From NCBI GenBank assembly GCA_044440125.1, contig JBITAJ010000027.1:192001-256000 (forward strand): DNA of 64,000 nucleotides, in the 5' to 3' direction. Below the pieces are notes generated by a model that was given only the letters and a program-made list of their open reading frames with translations, was not told the origin of the DNA and did not search any database. The first letter of the stretch is position 1; each line of letters starts with the position of its first letter. This DNA comes from Sedimentisphaeraceae bacterium JB056 (GTDB lineage: Bacteria; Planctomycetota; Phycisphaerae; Sedimentisphaerales; Sedimentisphaeraceae). Of this stretch, positions 19,832-31,580 are shown one piece after another. Made by a program: the position numbers and the translations under genes.

Positions 19832-20632
19832 TTGAAGAATATTTTAACGAAGATAATCATCACTTTATTGTTAACAACTCCTATTTTTGCTCAAAAACAA
19901 TCTTACGCACCTTACATATCTATAAATAAATGGATAACAGAATCCAGATATGATCTTGATGCCTTGGCCGGCCAGCCTTATCTTGTGGAATTCTGGGCCA
20001 CATGGTGTTCTCCCTGTATCGCAAATATGCCTCGTATGGAAGATATATACGAAGAGTATTCGCCTAAAGGGTTACGTATGATAGGTTTATCTGTCGATCG
20101 TGACATCAGCAGTCTTGAAAAATTCGTGGAAAAGCACGAAATATCTTACCCAATAGCGGCTGACTCAGATACTCAAAACCGTTATGGTGTTCGCGGTATA
20201 CCCGCAGCTTTTCTTGTTGATGCAGCCGGGTATGTTGTCTGGAGCGGTCATCCTGGGGATAGATCACTCGACAGGGCGTTGAAATCTGTTTTTAAGTATT
20301 CGCCGCCTCCTATTCTTGAAGATATTGATTTAAGCCAGTTCAAAGATATAAATGCTGATTTCGGCACAGGCCACAGGTTTTCGCAGGTTTATGCATCGCT
20401 TAAGAAGCATGCTTCTTCGACCGGAGAACTTAACGACAAAGCTAAGGATGTGATAAATGAGATAAATATCCGTTTGAAGAAGAGGATTGCTTTTGCAGAC
20501 AAACTTCTTGAACGCAAGAAAGTCAAGGCTGCAGTTGATGTGTATACATCAACTCTTAAGAACTATCCTGGAGTCCAAATTACAGAAGAACTTGACGAAA
20601 AAATAAAACAGATTGAGAACGATTTGACTTAA
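19832..20632 (+). CDS. TlpA/ResA-type thiol:disulfide oxidoreductase with a C-terminal helical extension
   Basis: Signal peptide; EFWATWCSPC and YGVRGIPAAFLVD motifs. Confidence 0.9.
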   Translation: MKNILTKIIITLLLTTPIFAQKQSYAPYISINKWITESRYDLDALAGQPYLVEFWATWCSPCIANMPRMEDIYEEYSPKGLRMIGLSVDRDISSLEKFVEKHEISYPIAADSDTQNRYGVRGIPAAFLVDAAGYVVWSGHPGDRSLDRALKSVFKYSPPPILEDIDLSQFKDINADFGTGHRFSQVYASLKKHASSTGELNDKAKDVINEINIRLKKRIAFADKLLERKKVKAAVDVYTSTLKNYPGVQITEELDEKIKQIENDLT

Positions 20633-20668
20633 ATTCTTTTTTTTGAAATACTTAAACAAACTCTCCAG

Positions 20669-20700
20669 AATCCGCAAATAAAAAAGTTTGCGGATTTTTT
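20669..20700 (+). terminator. Rho-independent terminator
   Basis: AATCCGCAAA/TTTGCGGATT stem followed by a T-run. Confidence 0.7.
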
Positions 20701-20744
20701 GTGCAAAAATTTTCTATAATTAAGTTAGATGGGCATTTTATATG

Positions 20745-20773
20745 TTGCTAATGCCGCTCTTATTGTGTATAAT
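20745..20773 (+). promoter_or_regulatory. Sigma70-type promoter for citrate synthase
   Basis: TTGCTA-17 nt-TATAAT with an extended TG. Confidence 0.55.
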
Positions 20774-20896
20774 TAGCCCGACTGTCCCCCTTTTGAGATT
20801 ACTTTTACAAGTTTCTACTCTTGAGGTCCGCAGTTAGATACATATACGTTAAATTAAGTAAAGATGAAATTTTCCGAATTATAAGGAGCCGATCTG

Positions 20897-22264
20897 ATGA
20901 CTGAAACAAAATTAGCACTCGAAAATGAGCAGAAATTTCTGGTCGAACATGCGAAAATGGCTAAAAAAGCAAATAGAATCGACCCTTCTTTGTTCGATTT
21001 TTATAATGCCAAGCGCGGTTTGAGAAATGAAGACGGAACGGGAGTACTTGTTGGCCTTACCGAAATAGGTAGTGTGCATGGTTATATTGTCGATGAGAAA
21101 GAGAAGGTTCCGGTAGACGGTTCTCTGCATTATCGTGGAATTAATATCTTCGATCTTGTAACCGGATTTATCTCAGGCGGAAGGTTTGGCTTTGAAGAGT
21201 CTGTATACCTGTTGCTGTTCGGTAAATTGCCGACTGCTAAGGAATTTGAAGAATTTTTGTCTGTGATGGAGATACATAGAGAGGTTGAGGATGTGTTTAT
21301 TGACACCATCTTGAAGGCTCCGAGTAGAAACGTGATGAACAAGCTTGCCAGAAGTGTTCTTACGCTTTATTCCTTTGACAGGAATCCGGAAGGCAGGAGC
21401 ATGAAGACAGTGCTTCGTCAATGTCTTACGATGATAGCGAAGTTCCCTTCAATATTAGCTTATGCTTATCAGGCAAAATCGCATTACTATGATCGTAAGA
21501 GTCTCTTTATTCATAGGCCGCTTGCCGGTTTGAGTACTGCTGAAAACTTCCTCAGGCTGATACGTCCTGATGGTAAATTTACTAAGGTTGAAGCTGAGAC
21601 GCTTGATCTTGCTCTTGTGCTTCATGCTGAGCATGGCGGCGGTAACAACTCTACCTTTACAACACATGTTGTGAGCTCTTCTGATACTGATGTGTTTTCT
21701 TCAATAGCAGCGGCTATAGGTTCACTTAAAGGACTCAAGCATGGTGGTGCAAATATAAAAGTTGCAGAGATGTTTGACAATATCAAAGATAACGTAAAAG
21801 ACTGGAATGATGAAGGTGAAGTAGCTTCTTATATTGAAAAAATCATAAAGAAAGAAGCCTTCAATAAGACCGGTCTGGTTTACGGCATGGGGCATGCTGT
21901 CTATACTAAGTCTGATCCAAGAGCAATAGTTCTGAAAAAGAAAGTGGAAGAGCTTGTGGCTGAAAAGGATCGCCAGAAAGAGTATAATCTTTATCAGAAT
22001 GTTGAAAAGGTGACTCCGGGCGTGTTCGCTGAGGTTAAGGGCAGCGATAAGGTTATCAGTGCCAATGTAGATTTCTACTCAGGATTCGTTTATGATATGC
22101 TCGGAATACCGAGGGATCTCTACACTGCTATATTTGCTATGGCCCGTATCGCAGGATGGTCTGCGCACCTTATCGAAGAAATGGTCAGTGGTGGCAGGAT
22201 AATAAGGCCTGCTTACAAGAGCGTTTCCAAGCCAAAGGATTATACGGATATAAAGACAAGATAA
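20897..22264 (+). CDS. gltA: Citrate synthase
   Basis: LHAEHGGGNNST, HGGAN, GMGHAVY...DPRA, ANVDFYSG, ARIAGW.AH motifs. Confidence 0.93.
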   Translation: MTETKLALENEQKFLVEHAKMAKKANRIDPSLFDFYNAKRGLRNEDGTGVLVGLTEIGSVHGYIVDEKEKVPVDGSLHYRGINIFDLVTGFISGGRFGFEESVYLLLFGKLPTAKEFEEFLSVMEIHREVEDVFIDTILKAPSRNVMNKLARSVLTLYSFDRNPEGRSMKTVLRQCLTMIAKFPSILAYAYQAKSHYYDRKSLFIHRPLAGLSTAENFLRLIRPDGKFTKVEAETLDLALVLHAEHGGGNNSTFTTHVVSSSDTDVFSSIAAAIGSLKGLKHGGANIKVAEMFDNIKDNVKDWNDEGEVASYIEKIIKKEAFNKTGLVYGMGHAVYTKSDPRAIVLKKKVEELVAEKDRQKEYNLYQNVEKVTPGVFAEVKGSDKVISANVDFYSGFVYDMLGIPRDLYTAIFAMARIAGWSAHLIEEMVSGGRIIRPAYKSVSKPKDYTDIKTR

Positions 22265-22323
22265 GCTTATTCACCCTTAACGGGTAATTGCTATAAAAAA
22301 AGTTAAAATTCTCAAAATACCGC

Positions 22324-22397
22324 TTGACTTGAATGCCGTTTTTTGAGATACTATTACTTCGCACCTGATTTACAGGAGCGACTACGTTCTTTAAAAA
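22324..22397 (+). promoter_or_regulatory. rRNA promoter and boxA-like antitermination site
   Basis: TTGACT-17 nt-GATACT at 22324-22352; GTTCTTTAAAAA (boxA-like) at 22386-22397. Confidence 0.6.
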
Positions 22398-22614
22398 TTT
22401 AATAGTTGTAGATCCATTTATAATCGCAAAAGTGAGTGCCTTGATATATTCTGCTCAAGGATATGTCGGCAATTACAAGTGTACAATTTTTCTAAATCAC
22501 TACGAGCGAATTTAAGTAAATTAGATTTAGTGTTTAGAGCCAAAAAACAAAGCAACAGCTCTTTAGCTGTTTGTGCTTCTGTCAAGATTATTACCCCTTC
22601 GGGGGTTTTAATAT

Positions 22615-24159
<1,545 letters not shown>

Positions 24160-24262
24160 GATAACTTAGATCACTTGGTCTTGGCAATTATGCCACATTT
24201 AATAGATCAAGCGAGTTATGTCAGCCGCTTTTACGGTTTTGGACCTACAACTACGTAATTAT

Positions 24263-24296
24263 AAGCCTTCAAGGATTCGTTCTTGAAGGCTTTTTT
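24263..24296 (+). terminator. Rho-independent terminator ~110 nt after the 16S
   Basis: AAGCCTTCAAG/CTTGAAGGCTT stem followed by a T-run. Confidence 0.85.
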
Positions 24297-24310
24297 CATG
24301 CGCGGAGAAG

Positions 24311-24384
24311 CCCGCTCCTTCACAGTCACGGTACTGTTGAAAGTGGGTATTGTAGAGTCAGTACCGCGACTGTGAGGGAGCGGG
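24311..24384. repeat. REP-like inverted pair (26-bp arms)
   Basis: CCCGCTCCTTCACAGTCACGGTACTG ... CAGTACCGCGACTGTGAGGGAGCGGG, 24/26 complementary. Confidence 0.85.
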
Positions 24385-24471
24385 TAGTATCTTTGAGCTT
24401 GAAACTTTTTTGGGATTGGTGTATATTGGAGAGCTTCAAATTGTTGTATTTTTCTTTATAAGGCTGATTTT

Positions 24472-25464
24472 ATGGAAGAGGCAGTGACTGACCAGGCAGT
24501 TGAATATAAAAAGGCAAGGTTATACCCAAGGCTTCCTTTAGTTGGAATTATCCTTGCATTATCCTCGATTTTTACCATGGGGATTACTCTATGTTATTCT
24601 GTTGGAATCGGGATTGCCTGCTTAGTGAAGTTTTTCTGCAAATCTCAATATGGTCATTGGCAGCGTTTACTGTATTTAGCCGGATTCATAGCTCCTTTTT
24701 TGATGATAGGCTTTTTTCTTGATTTTGCAGGTATATTGGGGAGCATAAGCTTGATTTCCGCCTTGGTTTTCGGTGCATATTTTATTTCAATGACCTTTAA
24801 TAAAGATTCCATTCTTTCAGATGTACTGATGACGGTAATTGCTGTTTTGCCAATATTGGGGATGCTTTGGTTTCTCGCCGGAACTTCTGTGCTAAAAGAT
24901 TCCGCTCAATTGAGCCTGCTTCTTTTTTCAATTAGGTCAGGTATAGTGCTTTTGCCTTTCTTGACACTAATGATTATTATAAACAGATTCGTTACTGATA
25001 AGCTTAGCATCCAAATAGGCCGAATTGTTATACGATTAGTCTTGATTGCCGCATTACTTATGGTTCCTGGCAGGCGTTCGTTTACCGATCAAAATATGTT
25101 TTTGAAAGGTTTGGAGAAAACCGTTAGTGAAAATATAGATATTGAGGCTGTTGAAAATTGGCTCAAGACTCAGCCTATTCCTCAAGTTTCAGAGGATTCG
25201 GAAGAAGATGCTTTCATTACGGTTGCTTTAGAGCAGCAGCCTGATTTTGTAAAGACTTTTTCCGGCGGTAAGGATATTGATATCCGCTATAATCAGGAAC
25301 AGCAGAGGTTTTATGTATGTAAAGGCGATAGTATTATGACCGTGTTTTGCTTTTACTGGAAAATCTGTATAAGTTCTAAAGAAATTGAAGAATCGGTAGC
25401 TGAAAATGGAGAAATGGTTCTTTTGACACCATCAAGCTATATTTGGTGTGATTATTCAAGCTGA
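24472..25464 (+). CDS. Hypothetical multipass membrane protein with a C-terminal soluble domain
   Basis: 330-aa ORF with several hydrophobic segments. Confidence 0.7.
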   Translation: MEEAVTDQAVEYKKARLYPRLPLVGIILALSSIFTMGITLCYSVGIGIACLVKFFCKSQYGHWQRLLYLAGFIAPFLMIGFFLDFAGILGSISLISALVFGAYFISMTFNKDSILSDVLMTVIAVLPILGMLWFLAGTSVLKDSAQLSLLLFSIRSGIVLLPFLTLMIIINRFVTDKLSIQIGRIVIRLVLIAALLMVPGRRSFTDQNMFLKGLEKTVSENIDIEAVENWLKTQPIPQVSEDSEEDAFITVALEQQPDFVKTFSGGKDIDIRYNQEQQRFYVCKGDSIMTVFCFYWKICISSKEIEESVAENGEMVLLTPSSYIWCDYSS

Positions 25465-25510
25465 TGTCCATAAAAAGTCTAAGTGGGGCCCTTGGGTGGT
25501 CTAATATTTA

Positions 25511-25538
25511 TTGACAGGGCATTAATAGCGTTTATAAT
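25511..25538 (+). promoter_or_regulatory. Sigma70 promoter of argB-argD-argF
   Basis: TTGACA-16 nt-TATAAT, both hexamers consensus. Confidence 0.7.
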
Positions 25539-25651
25539 ACTATGTTTTTACGTTTTATATCGTTTAGACATCTCGCCGTTGTCGGAGGATCAGAAAATTC
25601 CCCAGTGAATGTAAAACGGTGGTACTATTATTCTTTAGTAAGGTTAGACTT

Positions 25652-26527
25652 ATGGAAGATGCTATAAAAAAAGCGAAGGGATTAATCGAGGCGATGGAGT
25701 ATATCCGTCGGTTCCGCGATAAGATAGTTGTCATAAAACTTGGCGGCAGCATTCTTGAAGACACTGGTCTGCAAGAGAAGCTGCTCCGCGATGTTGTTTT
25801 TATGTCTACGGTCGGGATGCGTCCTATAATCGTGCATGGCGGCGGCAAGCATATTTCCAAGGCTATGCAGGAAGCCGGTATTGAGCCGGTTTGGGTTCAT
25901 GGCAGACGCTACACCGATGAACGTACACTGAAAATTGTTGAACATACGATAATCAATGAGGTTAACAAGCCGATATGCGACTTGCTTAATTCTATGGGTG
26001 CAGAAGCTATGGGGCTTCACTCCATGAGCAGTTGTGTGCTTTGGGCAAAGCCGCTGGAGTTGAAAACAGAAGAGGGCCGTAAGCTTGATGTCGGTCTTGT
26101 AGGTGAGGTTGACAAGGTTAACGCAGAGCTGCTTGTAAAGCTTTGTGCAGCGGGTACTATTCCGGTTATCGCTCCAGTAGGTGTTGATAAGACCGGTAAA
26201 AAGCTCAATATTAATGCCGACAGCGCAGCAGGTAAGGTTGCCGCGGCAGTGAAGGCTGAGAAATTTGTATTGCTGAGCGATACTCACGGTATTCTTAGCG
26301 ATGTCAACGATCCGGACAGCCGTATTTCTTCATTGAATGAAGATGAGGTTAAGGATCTGATAAGCAAGGGTGTTATTACATCCGGTATGCTGCCGAAAGT
26401 TGAGTCGTGTTTTACTGCTCTTGACGGCGGAGTGAAAAAGGCTCATACAATTGATGGGCGTATTGAGCATTCTCTTCTTCTTGAAATATATACAGAGAAG
26501 GGTATTGGTACTCAGATAGTTCATTGA
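25652..26527 (+). CDS. argB: Acetylglutamate kinase
   Basis: VIKLGGS, VHGGG, NINAD, GMLPKV motifs; start placed at ATG 25652. Confidence 0.95.
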   Translation: MEDAIKKAKGLIEAMEYIRRFRDKIVVIKLGGSILEDTGLQEKLLRDVVFMSTVGMRPIIVHGGGKHISKAMQEAGIEPVWVHGRRYTDERTLKIVEHTIINEVNKPICDLLNSMGAEAMGLHSMSSCVLWAKPLELKTEEGRKLDVGLVGEVDKVNAELLVKLCAAGTIPVIAPVGVDKTGKKLNINADSAAGKVAAAVKAEKFVLLSDTHGILSDVNDPDSRISSLNEDEVKDLISKGVITSGMLPKVESCFTALDGGVKKAHTIDGRIEHSLLLEIYTEKGIGTQIVH

Positions 26528-26549
26528 TTGAGCAATAAGCAATTAGCAA

Positions 26550-26575
26550 CAGTACCGCGACTGGTAAGGAGCGGG
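26550..26575 (+). repeat. Single REP-like unit
   Basis: CAGTACCGCGACTGGTAAGGAGCGGG, matching the arm at 24359-24384. Confidence 0.8.
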
Positions 26576-26598
26576 AAAATTATAAAAGGCTGTAAATT

Positions 26599-27813
26599 AT
26601 GAATACACAAGAAATAATAGCTCTTTTTGATAAATACGTGATAGCCAATTACGGCAGGTTGCCCAAAGCAATTGTAAAGGGTGAAGGTAACTGGCTGTTT
26701 GATGCTGAAGGAAACAAGATTCTTGATATGTTTCCGGGATGGGCGGTAAGCGGCATTGGTCATTGCCATCCAAAGGTATCTGCGGCTATAAAAAAGCAGG
26801 CCGATCAGCTTCTGCACATAGACAATACATTTTACACTTACGAGCAGGGCAGGCTTGCACAGCTTATAAGTGAGAACAGTTTTGGCGGCAAATGCTTCTT
26901 CTGTAACAGTGGAGCTGAGGCCAACGAAGCGGCGATAAAACTTGCACGTCTTGCGACATCAGAAGGCAAGTATCGTATTATAACGACTGAAAACAGTTTT
27001 CACGGGCGTACCTTTGCAGCTATAACAGCTACAGGTCAGCCGAAATATCATAAGGGTTTCATGCCTCTGCTGCCTGGATTCCGCTATGTACCGTTCAATG
27101 ATGTTGCCGCTCTTGAGGAAGCATTCGATGATGAGACAGCGGCAGTAATGATTGAGCCTATACAGGGCGAGGGCGGCGTCAATGTCGCTACTGAAGAGTA
27201 TATGCTTAAGATACGTGAGCTTTGCGATGCCAACGGTGCGGTTATGATACTTGATGAAGTGCAGACCGGAATGGGACGTACAGGCAAGTGGTTCGGCTAC
27301 CAGCATTACGGTATTGAGCCGGATATCATGACTCTTGCCAAGGCGCTTGGCGGCGGAGCGGCAATTGGTGCCATGACTGCTAAGAGTGCTATTGCTGCTT
27401 CACTGAGACCGGGAACTCACGCTTCTACCTTTGGCGGCAACTCAATTGCATGTGCCGCGGCTATTGCTACTTTTGAAGCTATAGAAGAAGAAAATCTTAT
27501 TGATAATGCTGTTGCAATGGGTCAATATGCCTGTGAAAAGCTCGAAGAGATAGCGGCAAAATTCCCGGTGATCGACCATATAAGAGGGAAATCTTTGATG
27601 ATCGGCATACAGCTCAAGATATCAGGAGCAGAAATAGTAAGTAAGTGTCTTGAAAGAGGGTTGCGTATAAATTGCACACATGATACCGTTGTACGTTTTA
27701 TGCCATCGATGACAGTGACAAAAGAGCAGCTCGATCAGGCCCTTGAGATATTCGAGTCTGTTCTTGCCGAGATCGCTCCTAAAGAAGAAGAGCTTGACAA
27801 TGAGGATAATTAG
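26599..27813 (+). CDS. argD: Acetylornithine aminotransferase
   Basis: NSGAEANE, SFHGRT, EPIQGEGG, DEVQTG.GRTG, TLAKALGGG motifs; arg context. Confidence 0.93.
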   Translation: MNTQEIIALFDKYVIANYGRLPKAIVKGEGNWLFDAEGNKILDMFPGWAVSGIGHCHPKVSAAIKKQADQLLHIDNTFYTYEQGRLAQLISENSFGGKCFFCNSGAEANEAAIKLARLATSEGKYRIITTENSFHGRTFAAITATGQPKYHKGFMPLLPGFRYVPFNDVAALEEAFDDETAAVMIEPIQGEGGVNVATEEYMLKIRELCDANGAVMILDEVQTGMGRTGKWFGYQHYGIEPDIMTLAKALGGGAAIGAMTAKSAIAASLRPGTHASTFGGNSIACAAAIATFEAIEEENLIDNAVAMGQYACEKLEEIAAKFPVIDHIRGKSLMIGIQLKISGAEIVSKCLERGLRINCTHDTVVRFMPSMTVTKEQLDQALEIFESVLAEIAPKEEELDNEDN

Positions 27814-27841
27814 ACATGAGGCGTGAGCCTTATAAACAGGA

Positions 27842-27867
27842 GTGAGCAATAGCGAACACCTCAATTA
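27842..27867 (-). repeat. Dispersed intergenic repeat, also present at 51815-51840
   Basis: Reverse complement TAATTGAGGTGTTCGCTATTGCTCAC is 25/26 identical to 51815-51840; both copies adjoin AATTG-rich heptamer tracts. Confidence 0.75.
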
Positions 27868-27907
27868 ATTATCAATTGTCAACTATTAATTGAACACGGA
27901 GATAATA

Positions 27908-28819
27908 ATGAAACATTTTCTTTCTATAAACGATTGTACAACTGAGCAGCTCAAAGAGCTTCTTGAGCTCTCGATAGACCTAAAAAAGCTTTATAAGTCT
28001 GGCGGACGTGATTTGTGTCTGGCAGGCAAAGTGCTTGCGATGCTTTTCGAGAAGCCGAGCCTTCGTACTCGCATGAGTTTTCAGACGGCCATGATTAATC
28101 TTGGCGGCAGTGCTATTTATGTTAAGCCTGAGGATGTCGGCGGAATTGGAAAACGTGAGCCGGTAAAGGATTTTGCACGTGTACTCAGCGGCTATGTTCA
28201 TGGCATAATGGCTCGTACATTTGCCCATGAGACTGCTACTGGTCTGGCACAGTGGGGAAGCGTACCGGTTATAAATGCCTTGACTGATTACTCGCATCCT
28301 TGCCAGGCAATGGCGGATGTGCAGACTATAATCGAGTCGTTCGGCAAATGCGAAGGGATCAAGATTGCCTATATCGGTGATGGCAACAATGTTGCGCGTT
28401 CACTTGCCAATGTATGTGCGAAGCTTGATATGTCTATCGTTGTGGCTTCTCCTGCCGGTTATGAGCTTGACAGTGAATCTATTGACGTGGCCAATGATAT
28501 CGCTGCCGGTACAGCAAAGCAAATCTCCGATCCGCTTGAAGCAGTCAAGGATGCTGATGTGATCTATACCGATACATGGACAAGCATGGGCCAGGAAGCA
28601 GAGAAGGAAAAACGCATAAAGGATTTCACCGGTTATCAGGTAAATGAGGATATGCTTGCCGCGGCTCCGAGCCATGCGAAGGTAATGCACTGTCTGCCGG
28701 CATATCGCGGACTTGAGATTACTGATGAAGTGATCGAGGGTAAGCAGTCGATAATATTTGAGGAAGCGGAAAATCGTCTCCACTTCCAGAGAGCACTGCT
28801 CAAAAGTCTGCTTCAGTAA
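27908..28819 (+). CDS. argF: Ornithine carbamoyltransferase
   Basis: SLRTR, HPCQ, DTWTSMG, HCLP, EAENRL motifs. Confidence 0.96.
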   Translation: MKHFLSINDCTTEQLKELLELSIDLKKLYKSGGRDLCLAGKVLAMLFEKPSLRTRMSFQTAMINLGGSAIYVKPEDVGGIGKREPVKDFARVLSGYVHGIMARTFAHETATGLAQWGSVPVINALTDYSHPCQAMADVQTIIESFGKCEGIKIAYIGDGNNVARSLANVCAKLDMSIVVASPAGYELDSESIDVANDIAAGTAKQISDPLEAVKDADVIYTDTWTSMGQEAEKEKRIKDFTGYQVNEDMLAAAPSHAKVMHCLPAYRGLEITDEVIEGKQSIIFEEAENRLHFQRALLKSLLQ

Positions 28820-28842
28820 GAAAGAAACTTGAATAAAATATC

Positions 28843-28881
28843 AAAAGCCGCAATGACTGTAAAAGTGATTGCGGCTTTTTT
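28843..28881. terminator. Bidirectional terminator between convergent genes
   Basis: AAAAGCCGCAAT/ATTGCGGCTTTT stem with A-run before and T-run after. Confidence 0.8.
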
Positions 28882-28918
28882 AATGCTGATTTTCAGATGT
28901 TTTGAGCATATCAATATC

Positions 28919-29968
28919 TCATTCTTCTATGCCCTTCGTAAGTAAATTGGCTACGAATTGCTGCTTGTTTTTAATATGATAGGAAACCACAAATAGATAA
29001 GCGGCAAATATTATGCTGATAATGGCACTCAGTTTTAGCATATTGGAGAAATACAAAAAGTCTTTTATGTTTCTGTTCAAAGCAGAGATAGAGAGATAGC
29101 TGCAAAGAGATTGTACCAGACGTGTTAAGGCTAATCCTGTACAGGCGATAACAAAAGTTTTGAGTAGCTGCTTTGTTATTGAGGATATGCTTAGGAGAGT
29201 TTCTTCTGATTTATTTTTCGCTATCGTAGACCATGCTTTTTTTGTTAAAAAAATAAAGAATAATGTTAACAGTAGAACAGGTATTTTGGTAAATATCCCT
29301 TGTGAAAGAGTAAAGCATGATGCGTTTGTTATAAGTTGGTTTTCGTTGCCGGTTGTGTCTGTTTGAGTAAGGTATAGGATTAAATAAAGTAGAATTCCCA
29401 ATGAAGTGATGATGAATTTCAGGGAAATAATCGTCATGCTTATGGGGAATATTGATTCATTGGTTATTTTTTCATCATAGACATTTATCTTTAGCTTTTG
29501 GGGTATGAATAACAGTACCTTAGCCAGCCATTCTCCGCGTTTGATTAAATAGAAGCACAGGCAATATGTCACCAAAATAGATGTTGCCATTGCAAGCTCC
29601 TGTATCCACTCCATATATTGTCCGTTGATTGAATTAAGGTGCCATATAATTTGCCTTACTAATAGTATAATTGAAGCAATGCTTTTGAGTATCAGGAAAA
29701 AGCCAGTGAATCTTACAATAGTGAGCATAAATAGAAAGAGAGAAGAAGTGCAATTGTGCGGTATGAATTTCTTTGCTTTCTTTGCGACATATTTTCCATC
29801 AATAAGAAGATAAACAGCCAAAATTAAGGTTGTTATGTTTGCGATCACAGAAGATGAGTTTAATCCTGATCTGGATAGTCCAAGTCCAAGATAGATTAAA
29901 CTTTTCAAAAACAGTATTAAGCCTAATATTCTAAAACCCAAAATGGATATGTTAAGTTTGCTTGGCAT
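28919..29968 (-). CDS. Hypothetical membrane protein with internal two-TM repeats
   Basis: 349-aa hydrophobic ORF with an RBS (GAGGGAAGGGAGA) directly after murJ. Confidence 0.65.
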   Translation of the reverse strand: MPSKLNISILGFRILGLILFLKSLIYLGLGLSRSGLNSSSVIANITTLILAVYLLIDGKYVAKKAKKFIPHNCTSSLFLFMLTIVRFTGFFLILKSIASIILLVRQIIWHLNSINGQYMEWIQELAMATSILVTYCLCFYLIKRGEWLAKVLLFIPQKLKINVYDEKITNESIFPISMTIISLKFIITSLGILLYLILYLTQTDTTGNENQLITNASCFTLSQGIFTKIPVLLLTLFFIFLTKKAWSTIAKNKSEETLLSISSITKQLLKTFVIACTGLALTRLVQSLCSYLSISALNRNIKDFLYFSNMLKLSAIISIIFAAYLFVVSYHIKNKQQFVANLLTKGIEE

Positions 29969-29987
29969 TATTGTCTCCCTTCCCTCC

Positions 29988-31580
29988 TTATGAGGCCGCC
30001 TTTTTGTTGGTTATTATCTCCAGCATTTCTATTTTCATTATTTTTGAGAGGGCTAAGTAAACTGATGCGCATATTATTATCTGGGCGGCAATCCTTATGC
30101 AGTTGAATTTCAGGTCTGCGGGAAGGGCGGCCATTGCGATCATAAGGGTCCTGCCGGCAATAAACATGATAACTGATGCGATGATGACTTTTGTTATAGC
30201 AGTTGCAAATCCTTGCGTAAACTGTTCCCTATATCTGTTTTTCAGTACTGCCAGAAGTATTATAATCTGTATATAGGAACAGATTGCGGTTGCCAGTCCC
30301 AGGCCGGCCGCTCCCATGAACCATATAAGCGTAAGATTGAGCAAAACATTCACGATCACCGCGATTACGGCAGTTCTTGCCGGCATTTTGGAGTCGTTTG
30401 TTGCATAAAAAGCTCGTGTTATTATCTGCTGTATGAAGAAGCCTGCCAGCCCGAAGGCGTAACAATATAATATGATTGAAGTCGATGTAATATCCGAGGC
30501 GGTAAACTTATCACCTTCAAATAGTACGGATATCAGCGGTTTTGCAACAAGGCACAGTCCTACGCCGCAAGGAATTGCCAGATAAAAAGCGCATTTGATT
30601 CCTTTTGTGAGGGTTGATATGAATTCTTCATTGTCATTTCGTGCTGCTGAACGACTCAAAACAGGGAATATTGCGGTGGCGAGAGCTATTCCGATTACTC
30701 CGAGTGGCAGTTGGTAGAGCCTTTGCGCCAGATAAAGCTGCATCACGCAACCTCGCCAAAGAGGATAAGCCATTGTTTTTCCCATTATCACAAGCTCGGC
30801 TCCCTTTGCTTCCGAGCCGGAAAAGAACCATGCTATAATATCGTCGGCGAAAGTATTTATCTGTGTGGCTGTTGTTCCGAGTATCATGGGGCCCATAAGC
30901 CAGATTACCTTGCGAAATGCTCCTGAGTTTACTTGCCAGCAAGGCATCAGCTTTACACCTTTCTTTTTTAAAGGTATAAGCTGCATTACCGTCTGTACGA
31001 TTCCGGCTATAAGTACGCATACCGCCGCAGTGTATACTTGTGCAGTGGTTGGCAGGCCAAGTAATGAGCCGGTTATGACTATTGCACCTATAATAAAGAT
31101 ATTTAGAACCACCGGTGCGGCGGCCGGCGCTGCAAAGTGCGAATGCACGTTCAGAATGCCTGCCAATATCGCTACCGTACAGATAACAGCAGCATAAGGG
31201 AGCATTACAGAGGCAAGGGATATGATTGTTACAGTCTCTGGGGTTGGATTTGCCGCAAATCGGTATATCCACATTATTGCCCATCCGACAACCACCAGAA
31301 AAGAAAGAAAAGTGAACATTATGGTGACCGTCGTATTTGCGAGCATATCGGCTGTTTTACGGTCTTTTTCAAGCATTTCGCTGTAAACCGGTATGAAAGA
31401 AGCGCTTGCGGCGCCTTCACCGAATATGCGGCGTGAAAGATTAGGAATGCGAAAAGCTATAAGCCATGCATCGCCAAGGGCCGTAGCCCCAAAATATTTA
31501 CTGTAACAAATGTCTCTTATAAGCCCAAGAATGCGGCTTAGCATAGTAAATGAGGCAATTTGTTTAAATCCCTTGACCAT
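29988..31580 (-). CDS. murJ: Lipid II flippase MurJ (MviN)
   Basis: SRILGL.RD, AFRIPN..RR.FGEGA, RLYQLPLG, RAFYA..D.K.P motifs. Confidence 0.95.
   Translation of the reverse strand: MVKGFKQIASFTMLSRILGLIRDICYSKYFGATALGDAWLIAFRIPNLSRRIFGEGAASASFIPVYSEMLEKDRKTADMLANTTVTIMFTFLSFLVVVGWAIMWIYRFAANPTPETVTIISLASVMLPYAAVICTVAILAGILNVHSHFAAPAAAPVVLNIFIIGAIVITGSLLGLPTTAQVYTAAVCVLIAGIVQTVMQLIPLKKKGVKLMPCWQVNSGAFRKVIWLMGPMILGTTATQINTFADDIIAWFFSGSEAKGAELVIMGKTMAYPLWRGCVMQLYLAQRLYQLPLGVIGIALATAIFPVLSRSAARNDNEEFISTLTKGIKCAFYLAIPCGVGLCLVAKPLISVLFEGDKFTASDITSTSIILYCYAFGLAGFFIQQIITRAFYATNDSKMPARTAVIAVIVNVLLNLTLIWFMGAAGLGLATAICSYIQIIILLAVLKNRYREQFTQGFATAITKVIIASVIMFIAGRTLMIAMAALPADLKFNCIRIAAQIIICASVYLALSKIMKIEMLEIITNKKAAS

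Noticed and set aside
25560..25651. GGTGGTAC upstream of argB as a T-box riboswitch
   Set aside because: The leader is only ~110 nt, with no stem I or specifier loop and no terminator/antiterminator.
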